From an uncultured archaeon (lineage in GTDB: Archaea; Asgardarchaeota; Lokiarchaeia; Sigyniarchaeales; SOKP01): DNA of 18,528 nucleotides. The position numbers and the translations under genes are program-made. Of the stretch, positions 9,158 to 17,208 are shown one piece after another. Under the pieces are notes generated by a model. That model was given only the letters and a program-made list of their open reading frames with translations, ran no database searches and was not told where the DNA came from. The stretch is taken from NCBI GenBank assembly GCA_964583985.1, contig CAZOYD010000041.1:14453-32980 (forward strand), given 5' to 3'. Within the stretch, counting starts at the first letter, position 1; each line of letters begins with the position of its first letter.

Positions 9158-12100
9158 ATAACAGAAGTAATCATTAAAATACTTATTATCGAAAAGGACC
9201 TTAGGAATGTGCAATTGTTAGAGGATATTTTAAAAAACGCTAATGATGCTTGTTATAAAATAGAAAAGTGTAAATCAATCTCAGAAACAATTATTTATCT
9301 ACAAAAGAGTAAATGTGATGTCATACTTTGCAGTTTAAATCTACCAGACTTAAAAGGAGCTGATGTAATTAAAAAAGTTTTAGAAATCGCTCCTAAGGTT
9401 CCAGTCATTCTTATGGTAGAAAAAAATGAAGAAGATATTGCTCTACAAGCTTTGAAAATGGGGATTCAAGACTTTTTTTTCAAAGAAGATTTAACCAGTT
9501 CATTATTGAATCGATCGATTCGATACGTTATTGAAAAAAAAGAACTTAAAAGTCCATTATTAAAATCAGAAAGCAAATTAAAAAAAATTCATTCTGATTT
9601 CAATAAAATCGTTTCTGAAAAGAATAATAATTTAAGCTCCTCTGAAGAGCACTATAAGTATTTATTCGAGACCCCCTTCTCTGCGATAATCATTCTTGAT
9701 CACAATCTAAGGATTATTAATTGTAATACAACTTGTGAAATTTATTTTGGATACACTAAATTAGAGCTTGAGAATACCCATCTAATGCACTTATCGATTT
9801 TTTCAAAAACAAATCAAAATATCATTTTACAGAAACTTAAGAGCTTAAAAACTGATGCTCAGTTTATACCATCTGAATACAATGTATTCAGAAAAGATGG
9901 GAGCAATATTTGGGTAACTGTTGCGATGTCTATAGTTAAATTGAAAGAAAGTGAAGAATTTCTGATGATGTTCCAAGATATTACTGATAGATATAGGACC
10001 GAAAAAAAATTAAAAACAGTTGAAGAACAGTTTAAAATTTTCGGAGATCACTCATATATAGGAATATTTCTTCTTCAAGATGGAGAAATAAAATATGTAA
10101 ATGAAAAAGTATCTTTAATAAACGGATATTCAATTCAAGAAATGTTAAGATGGAGTATAGATCATATTTCTACTATTATTCATCCAGAAGATCAGACTTT
10201 TATTATTGAACAAGCAAAAAAAAAGGAAAGAGGAGATGCGGATGTTCTAAATGAAATTCAATACAGAATCATTTCAAAATCTGGGAATATTAAATGGGTT
10301 AATCAATACTCAAAGACAATTCTCTACAATGAAAAAACTGCGGATTTATGTTTGTGGATCGACATTACGAATAATAAAATGGTTATAGAAGAAGCTATAA
10401 GATCAGGGATAATGTCTCAAAATTTGTTTGAGAATAATCCCTTTTGTATTTTTCTTACAGATTTTAATGGTCAAATTTTAAATGCTAATAAAGCATTTTT
10501 AGAGAGATTAGGAATTTCCTTAATTGAAATTAAAAAAAAAAAAATTCAGGATATAGTAAAAAAAGATGGCAAGAAATTACTGTTAGAAATGTTAAAAACT
10601 AAATTTAAGGAAACAGAATTTAAAAATATTAAGATTAGCATCATAGATAATGATGGATTTGAAAACAACTTTCAAATTTATGCAATGCAAATTGAAGAAT
10701 ATGACCAATCAAATAGCATTCTATTTTTTGCACGAGACATAACTGAGAGGAGACTATTTGAAGAACGATTTAAAGATTCTGAAAATAAACTCGCTAAATT
10801 AATAGAAACAATTCCTCTTGCAATTTTAATTAGTAATCCTGAGGGAGAAGTTTCAGAATGTAATTTTTATGCGGTGAAAGTTTTTGGGTATGATTCTAAA
10901 GATGAGCTTTTAAAGATACCCGCACTCGACCATTACGATGATCAAAAAGATAGAAAAAAATTCCTGGAAATGCTTGAAAAGAGGGAAAGCGTACAGAATT
11001 TTGAGGTGAGTTTTAAACGTAAGGATCAGACTAAATTTTTTGCTTCCATGACTTCATCATCACACGAGATTAATGGTCAAACTTATTTTATTAATGCTAT
11101 AGACGATATCTCTGAGAGAAAAAAAATAGAAGAATTAATTAAGGATTTAGCGAAAATTCCAGATGAAGCACCTTACCCTATTATGAGAGTAAGTGCGGAT
11201 TTTATTCTCTATTTAAATGAACCTGGAAAAATACTCTTTGATCTTAAACCAGGAAATAGGATACCATTATTCTTAAGGGAAAAAGTTAAAGAATGTCTGC
11301 AAAATCATGAGATTATAATAAAAGAGCTAAATCTTAATGAAAGATTTTATTCACTTTACGTCACACCTGTAGAAGGTAGCGATTATATCAACATTTACGC
11401 CATAGAAATTACTGAACTAATGGAAAAAGATGAAAAGTTAAAATTATCATTAGAAAAATATAAGAATCTCGTTGATAACCTAAATGATGGAGTATTAATC
11501 ATGGACTTAGAGGGAAAAATTCTATATGCGAGCCCTCAGATTTATGATCTAACTGGATATACACCAAACGATATTATTGGAAAAACTGGAAACTCCTTTA
11601 TACATCCCAAAGACCTGAACATAGCTATTGAAGCGTATAAAAAGGTGATAAAACAGAAAAAAAAAGTTTTTCTTGATTATCAGATTATCGATAAAGCTGG
11701 TAAATATATAGATGTTTCTGCTAGCGGATTACTGATTAAAATTGACGGGGATGATAGGATGCTCGCAGTTATGAAAGATGTTACTGAAAAATTAATCTCA
11801 GAACAGAAGTTAAAAGAATCGGAGGAAAAGTACAGACATTTGTTTGAATTTTCACCCTATTATATATTACTTTTAAATCAGAGCTGGGATGTTCTTGATT
11901 GTAATTATAATATCAAGGAAATTTTAGGATATTCGAAAGAAGAAATAATCGGTAGAAATGCAATTGATATCCCTTTAATGGATAAGAATAAGCTTGATGA
12001 ATTAAAAAAGAGAACGGATTATTTATTTGAGGGAAAGAAGCTATCATCTTTTGAAATGGAAGTTCCTAAGAAAGATGGAACGATAATCTGGGTAAAATCA

Positions 12101-13654
12101 CAACCATCTTTAGTAAGGATTGGAGATGTGCAATATATATACATAATTTCTATGGATATTTCAAATGAGAAATTATTTGAGAAAAAATTAAAAGAATCCG
12201 AGCAGAAATTTGGTACCATTGCTAACGAATCATTACTAGGTATTGCGATTATTCAAGATGATCTTATAAAATACATGAACGAGAGGTTTGCAGATTTTTT
12301 ACAATATTCTGTACAGGAAATTGAGAACTGGGCTCCTGGAGAATTTAAAAAGTTCATTCATCCCGATGATAGGAGTTTAGTCACAGCTCAAGTTGAAAAG
12401 AAACAAAAAGGATTAAAAGGAATAATTAAACACTATCAATATAGAATTTTTAAAAAAGATGACACGATTAAGTGGTTGGATAATTACTCAAATACGATAA
12501 TATATGAGGGAAGGTCAGCTGACTTAGTCACTGTAATTGACATTACAGATCAGAAAAATACTGAACAGAAACTAAAAGATTCGGAGGAAAAATATAAGCA
12601 TCTTTTTGAAACTTCACCAAATGGTCTAATCTTGTTAAATATCGAAGGGAAAATACTCGAATGTAATTCAACATTAAAGAAGATAATAGGTTATTCTGAA
12701 AGTGAGCTTATAGGAAATAATTTCATAGATTTACCTATTTATATCGATAATGGGTTGGAACTACTTCAAACAGGACTAAATGATTTGATCAATAAAAATG
12801 AGTTAACTCATATTGAATTGCAAATTAAAACAAAAGAACAAACACTTAATTGGATCCAAATTAGATCCAGTCTAATAGAGTTAAAGCAAGAAAATATTAT
12901 TCTTACTGTTATAATTGATATCACCTCGGATAAAAAAATAGAACAAATGAAGTCTGATCTATTAATGAAATTATCTCATGAATTTAAGACCCCTCTAATC
13001 TCAATAAAAGGTTTTTCAGAATTTTTGATCAAACAATATCATTCACAACTAGATGAAAAAGCTATCTCATATCTCAATAATGTTGTAAATGGAAGTGATA
13101 GATTAAGACTTCTTATTAACTCCTTTATTGACAGTTTTCAATTAGACGATTATTTCAAAAAGTATGCTCGATTGGACATCAAAGAGATTTACTTATTTGA
13201 ATTAATAAAAAATGCAGTAAAGGATATGGAGGGGCTCAGTAAAATGAGAAATCATAAAATTCACGTGAATATCAATAATAATATAAAAGTGAATGTTGAT
13301 AAAGAAAAGATGTATTCCGTTATTGTAAACTTATTGCTCAATGCTATTAAATATACCCAAAAAGGAGGAGAAATAACAATTCGCTCAGAAATTACAGGAA
13401 ATTTCATTCAAATCTCAATTAAAGACACTGGTATAGGTTTAAGAAGAGAGGATCAAGATAACTTATTTAAAGCATTTGGAAAAATAAATCTTGATAAGAA
13501 TAGATGGGATATAATTACTGATGGAATGGGGATGGGATTGTACCTCTCAAAAGAGATAATACTCCTGCATGGTGGTAAGATGTGGGTCGAATCTGAAGGA
13601 ATTGATAAAGGTTCAACTTTCTATTTTACAATCCCTCTTGTTATTGCGAGATAG
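9158..13654 (+). CDS. Giant cytoplasmic hybrid kinase: pseudo-REC-(PAS)x9-HisKA-HATPase
   Basis: The N-terminal receiver fold has Ser in place of the phospho-Asp (VILCSLNLPD). About nine PAS/PAC units. H-box LSHEFKTPL, NLLLNAIKY, DTGIGL, GMGMGL. Likely start is ATA 9158 after GGGTGA; alternatives are GTG 9149 and TTG 9098. Confidence 0.93.
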   Translation: MTEVIIKILIIEKDLRNVQLLEDILKNANDACYKIEKCKSISETIIYLQKSKCDVILCSLNLPDLKGADVIKKVLEIAPKVPVILMVEKNEEDIALQALKMGIQDFFFKEDLTSSLLNRSIRYVIEKKELKSPLLKSESKLKKIHSDFNKIVSEKNNNLSSSEEHYKYLFETPFSAIIILDHNLRIINCNTTCEIYFGYTKLELENTHLMHLSIFSKTNQNIILQKLKSLKTDAQFIPSEYNVFRKDGSNIWVTVAMSIVKLKESEEFLMMFQDITDRYRTEKKLKTVEEQFKIFGDHSYIGIFLLQDGEIKYVNEKVSLINGYSIQEMLRWSIDHISTIIHPEDQTFIIEQAKKKERGDADVLNEIQYRIISKSGNIKWVNQYSKTILYNEKTADLCLWIDITNNKMVIEEAIRSGIMSQNLFENNPFCIFLTDFNGQILNANKAFLERLGISLIEIKKKKIQDIVKKDGKKLLLEMLKTKFKETEFKNIKISIIDNDGFENNFQIYAMQIEEYDQSNSILFFARDITERRLFEERFKDSENKLAKLIETIPLAILISNPEGEVSECNFYAVKVFGYDSKDELLKIPALDHYDDQKDRKKFLEMLEKRESVQNFEVSFKRKDQTKFFASMTSSSHEINGQTYFINAIDDISERKKIEELIKDLAKIPDEAPYPIMRVSADFILYLNEPGKILFDLKPGNRIPLFLREKVKECLQNHEIIIKELNLNERFYSLYVTPVEGSDYINIYAIEITELMEKDEKLKLSLEKYKNLVDNLNDGVLIMDLEGKILYASPQIYDLTGYTPNDIIGKTGNSFIHPKDLNIAIEAYKKVIKQKKKVFLDYQIIDKAGKYIDVSASGLLIKIDGDDRMLAVMKDVTEKLISEQKLKESEEKYRHLFEFSPYYILLLNQSWDVLDCNYNIKEILGYSKEEIIGRNAIDIPLMDKNKLDELKKRTDYLFEGKKLSSFEMEVPKKDGTIIWVKSQPSLVRIGDVQYIYIISMDISNEKLFEKKLKESEQKFGTIANESLLGIAIIQDDLIKYMNERFADFLQYSVQEIENWAPGEFKKFIHPDDRSLVTAQVEKKQKGLKGIIKHYQYRIFKKDDTIKWLDNYSNTIIYEGRSADLVTVIDITDQKNTEQKLKDSEEKYKHLFETSPNGLILLNIEGKILECNSTLKKIIGYSESELIGNNFIDLPIYIDNGLELLQTGLNDLINKNELTHIELQIKTKEQTLNWIQIRSSLIELKQENIILTVIIDITSDKKIEQMKSDLLMKLSHEFKTPLISIKGFSEFLIKQYHSQLDEKAISYLNNVVNGSDRLRLLINSFIDSFQLDDYFKKYARLDIKEIYLFELIKNAVKDMEGLSKMRNHKIHVNINNNIKVNVDKEKMYSVIVNLLLNAIKYTQKGGEITIRSEITGNFIQISIKDTGIGLRREDQDNLFKAFGKINLDKNRWDIITDGMGMGLYLSKEIILLHGGKMWVESEGIDKGSTFYFTIPLVIAR

Positions 13655-13663
13655 GATGATCCT

Positions 13664-14521
13664 TCATAGCTGCTCAAATAAAAAGTCGAAATCTGCCAAA
13701 TCAAAAGGTTTCATAATGTATCCATTTGCTCTTGTTTCTTCCATTTTTTCTTGTACTTTAAATCGTGGAATCGCAGTGATAAAATATACGGGTAAATCTT
13801 TTAAATTGTCAGAAAACTTTATCTTCTTGCAAACTTCAAAGCCACTGATGTCAGGAAGTATGACATCAAGTAATATCAATTTTGGTTTATAAGTCTTGAG
13901 TTTTTCTAAGCCAGCAGATCCCGTAAATTCACCTTTACAAGAATAACCCTTACTTTCAAAATAATTTGTGATGAGTTCGACCGTTGCTATGTCATCTTCA
14001 ATTAATAACACATCATATTCAGGTTCTAAATACATTTTTTCTTCATTTTTTGTTATAAATTTGCTTTCTAATTGTTTAGCTTGTTCAAAAACATTGTTAA
14101 TTATTCCTTTAATTTGTTCGTTGATTTCTCCATTGTAAGATTCGAGTATTAATTGAAGAAAACCTTTGATTGTTGTTAATTTTTGTTTTAGTTCATATGA
14201 AGCCGCAGAACTCAATTCTTTTTCAAACGTTGAACCGAAACGACTCATTTGTTCTGAATTTTGGTGAATAAAATTATTAACACTTTCCCTGATTAATTTT
14301 GATAGGGTACTGAATTCACTTTTTTCCACATAATCTTGCCATTTCTTTTCAGTCTCACGTGAAATATATACTGAAATTCGTTTCTTGTCTTCATAATAGT
14401 TTTTTTCACCTTCTTTCCATTTTTCAAATCCTTTGGTTATTCTTCCTTGCCATAAAGCTTGTTTTCCCGTCTCATGTTCATAGGATTCCATTTCTTCGGT
14501 TTTTTTAATAAGTAAGTTCAC
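13664..14521 (-). CDS. Putative transcriptional response regulator: Trp-rich motif-RHH-pseudoHisKA-REC (paralog 1)
   Basis: KKRISVYIS-helix(W)-TLSKLIRESVNNFI matches a ribbon-helix-helix pattern. ASYELKQKLTTIKGFLQLIL resembles an H-box with His->Tyr. The C-terminal REC is intact (LIEDD, LLDVILPD, FITA, MKPF). The exact start is uncertain because GTG 14521 sits within the SD. Confidence 0.85.
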   Translation of the reverse strand: MNLLIKKTEEMESYEHETGKQALWQGRITKGFEKWKEGEKNYYEDKKRISVYISRETEKKWQDYVEKSEFSTLSKLIRESVNNFIHQNSEQMSRFGSTFEKELSSAASYELKQKLTTIKGFLQLILESYNGEINEQIKGIINNVFEQAKQLESKFITKNEEKMYLEPEYDVLLIEDDIATVELITNYFESKGYSCKGEFTGSAGLEKLKTYKPKLILLDVILPDISGFEVCKKIKFSDNLKDLPVYFITAIPRFKVQEKMEETRANGYIMKPFDLADFDFLFEQL

Positions 14522-14629
14522 CTTGACATTGTGTGGTTATTTTTTCTTTTGACATAAAAATCAACTCGGTTACATAATAATAATACCTTGCAACAAATAA
14601 ATGTGTATATCTTAGGTAGATTCTGTATT

Positions 14630-14667
14630 TTTATCACTTGATAAATCATTGATATTAATAGTTGATA
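14630..14667. promoter_or_regulatory. Candidate operator: TTTATCA-CT-TGATAAA palindrome plus three TTGATA repeats
   Basis: Perfect 7-2-7 inverted repeat at 14630-14645. TTGATA occurs at 14638, 14649 and 14662, upstream of the RHH-REC gene. Confidence 0.35.
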
Positions 14668-14727
14668 ATTATAAATATTATTATTACTAAAAAGCACCGT
14701 AGATTATATAAATAGTAGAATCTTGAA

Positions 14728-14754
14728 AAGATTTTCTTTTTTTTTTAAAATCTT
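14728..14754 (-). terminator. Possible hairpin downstream of RHH-REC paralog 2
   Basis: AAGATTTT(14728-14735) and AAAATCTT(14747-14754) form an inverted repeat about 20 nt after the stop at 14774. The stem is weak and AT-rich. Confidence 0.2.
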
Positions 14755-14773
14755 CATACATTCTATAGTTTAT

Positions 14774-15640
14774 TCATAAATACTTAAACAGAAATTCAAA
14801 ATCTGTTAAATCAAATGGTTTTAATATGTATCCATCTGCTTGAGTTTCTTCTAATTTCTCTTGTACTTTAAATCCAGGCATGGCAGTCACAAATATGACT
14901 GGTAAATCTTTATACTTACTATTATGCTTAATTTTTTTACAAATATCAAATCCGCTTATATCTGGTAGAATGATATCTAGAAGAATAAGCTTAGGCATAT
15001 TCAGAATCAATTCCTCTAAACCATTTGCACCGGTATATACTCCTTTCGCCGAATAGCCTTGACTTGAAAAATAATTAGTTAATATTTCAACAGTTGCCAA
15101 ATCATCCTCTATTATAAGCACATCTAATTGCATCGTGCTTGTATTTTTATCGTCCACTTTATTAATAAATTTACTCTCTAATTGTTGAGCCTGGATTAAT
15201 AGGTTTTCGACTATTGATATTATCTCTTCATTTAAATTTAGTTTATACTTTTCTAAAATAAGCTGTAAAAAACCTTTAATGATTGTTAATTTTTGCTTTA
15301 AATAGTATAAGGTGTTAGGATTTAATTGGTAATCAAGATCTAGGTTAAAATTTCCGATTTGTTTTGATTTTTCTTTTATGTATTCATCAACACTCACTCG
15401 GATTAATTTTGAGATAGTTTTAGATTCCACAGAATTAATGAAATCTTGCCACTTTTGTTCTGTTTCGTGAGAAATATACACCGAAATTCTTTTTTTATTG
15501 CCATAAATATTTTTTTCTCCTTCCTTCCACCTTTTAAAACCTTTTGTTAATTCCCCATGCCAAATTGCTTGTCTTCCAGTTTCTTCCTCATAACGTTTCA
15601 TTTCACTAGTTATATTAAGCTTATTTGAGATTGATATCAC
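14774..15640 (-). CDS. Putative transcriptional response regulator: Trp-rich motif-RHH-pseudoHisKA-REC (paralog 2)
   Basis: Colinear paralog of 13664..14521: YEEETGRQAIWHGELTKGFKRWKEGEKN, KKRISVYISHETEQKWQDF, TISKLIRVSVDEYI, TLYYLKQKLTIIKGFLQLILE, and an intact REC (IIEDD, LLDIILPD, FVTA, LKPF). Confidence 0.85.
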   Translation of the reverse strand: MISISNKLNITSEMKRYEEETGRQAIWHGELTKGFKRWKEGEKNIYGNKKRISVYISHETEQKWQDFINSVESKTISKLIRVSVDEYIKEKSKQIGNFNLDLDYQLNPNTLYYLKQKLTIIKGFLQLILEKYKLNLNEEIISIVENLLIQAQQLESKFINKVDDKNTSTMQLDVLIIEDDLATVEILTNYFSSQGYSAKGVYTGANGLEELILNMPKLILLDIILPDISGFDICKKIKHNSKYKDLPVIFVTAMPGFKVQEKLEETQADGYILKPFDLTDFEFLFKYL

Positions 15641-15735
15641 GACCTGTTTTTAATTTTGCATACTGGTAATACCATGAAATTCTAGAACCTCGTAAAATAA
15701 TATTTATCGTAATTTTTCTTGAATAAAATAAAAAT

Positions 15736-17208
15736 TTATCGAGTCACCAATCCCCTTTTCATGAACATTTCTTTAAGTTCGGAGATGACGAGACTTCTTT
15801 GATTCTGTTTTGAACCATCTTCTGATCTTACGATTTTTGGAGGTGGTGGCGGTGGCTTAAGGGAATTAAGGGAGATTAACGTATCATTTAATTCTTTTTT
15901 CGGTGCTATGGGAGGAGTAAATGACGGTGTGGTTTGCAATAACGAATTTTTTGCATCTTTTATTTTCGTTTCATCGATTTTTTCAACTTTATTATTTATT
16001 TCAACTGTGGTATCTGGAGGCATAAAGACTTTCAACCTTTGAGGAGGACCTTTAGCTCTTTTGACTTTTTTAGAACTTGATGTTGCTTCTATCTTTTTCT
16101 TTTTTTTCTTTGATTTTTCTTTGATCATGTCATTATCAGCGATATATTCCATTGGAACTTTTTCAAAAGGCACAGAGAAGAAAGACTGAGAGAGATCAGC
16201 TGGGATTAATCTAAATAAGATTCGTTTTACTTCCGATAATTCACCTACAACATTATCCATCAATTTCAAATTAATGTCTAAGATTTTCTGAAGTTTTTCT
16301 TCAATATTTGGTAAAATCTTTTCTGCTGTTGACTTCGATTTATCTTTGGAGAAAATATTTTTTATGCTTCTAGCTATTTCAGGCTCGTTGGAATAAAAGT
16401 TGTAAATACTAGTAGGAATTATTTCGAAATTCCACGATTTCTCCCCGTTCATAAAAACATCAGATATTTTATGAGTTAAATATTCAAGTTTAATTTGAAA
16501 ATCAGGATCTTCGACAACATCTGAATCTGCTTTATTTAATAGCAGTACAAAATACGGATTTTCATTAAGAAATCCCAAAATTTCAAGAATCCCATTTAAA
16601 TATTTAATACCATCCTCATAACGCAAATCATCTTGCGAATCAAACACGAAAATTAAAACATCAACATTAATAAAAAATCGTTCAGGAGATTCAAGATATT
16701 CTTCAATATGATCTTTTTGACCCCCCAAATCCCATAAAACCAAATCTAATTTATCAGATTGAAATTCTTCAACGTTGGCACCTATAGTGGGTTCTAAATT
16801 AATCATGTCATTATAATTGTACTCATTCATCATTCTATTTAGTAATGAAGTCTTCCCAGCATAATCTAAACCAGCAATAACCACCTTCATTTTCACTTTT
16901 TTAAGATAAAGGTTTCTCTTATTCCACGCATTTGTGATTAAATAAGAAGCAACTAATGATGTATTAAATGTAGATTTTTCTATGAATACTTTTTTGGCAC
17001 GATTCTCATAATCGGTTGACTTTAATAAAGATAAATCTCTTATTGTGTGAACATTAATTTTTTTAAATTTTTCAACATCCTCTATTTTAATATTTTTTAA
17101 TACTTCAATATCTAAATCAAGAATTAAACTTAGACTGGATGGATAATAATCAATATTTAAAAATCGGTCACAAAAATATTTCACAATTGTTTTTGCAGAT
17201 TCAGACAT
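15736..17208 (-). CDS. Multidomain Arf-like small GTPase (HhH-like N-domain, G-domain, coiled coil, polybasic and polyproline tail)
   Basis: G1 GLDYAGKTS, G2 EPTIG, G3 WDLGGQ, G4 NKAD, G5-like PTSI. The GLDxAGKT / PTIG / WDxGGQ set is the Arf/Arl signature. Also KEKSKKKKKK, KPPPPPPK and a terminal helix RSLVISELKEMFMKR. Confidence 0.9.
   Translation of the reverse strand: MSESAKTIVKYFCDRFLNIDYYPSSLSLILDLDIEVLKNIKIEDVEKFKKINVHTIRDLSLLKSTDYENRAKKVFIEKSTFNTSLVASYLITNAWNKRNLYLKKVKMKVVIAGLDYAGKTSLLNRMMNEYNYNDMINLEPTIGANVEEFQSDKLDLVLWDLGGQKDHIEEYLESPERFFINVDVLIFVFDSQDDLRYEDGIKYLNGILEILGFLNENPYFVLLLNKADSDVVEDPDFQIKLEYLTHKISDVFMNGEKSWNFEIIPTSIYNFYSNEPEIARSIKNIFSKDKSKSTAEKILPNIEEKLQKILDINLKLMDNVVGELSEVKRILFRLIPADLSQSFFSVPFEKVPMEYIADNDMIKEKSKKKKKKIEATSSSKKVKRAKGPPQRLKVFMPPDTTVEINNKVEKIDETKIKDAKNSLLQTTPSFTPPIAPKKELNDTLISLNSLKPPPPPPKIVRSEDGSKQNQRSLVISELKEMFMKRGLVTR

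Noticed and set aside
16090-16125. KKKKKK as a nuclear localisation signal
   Set aside because: The context is prokaryotic, and Lys runs are favoured by AT bias. It is kept only as a possible polybasic patch.
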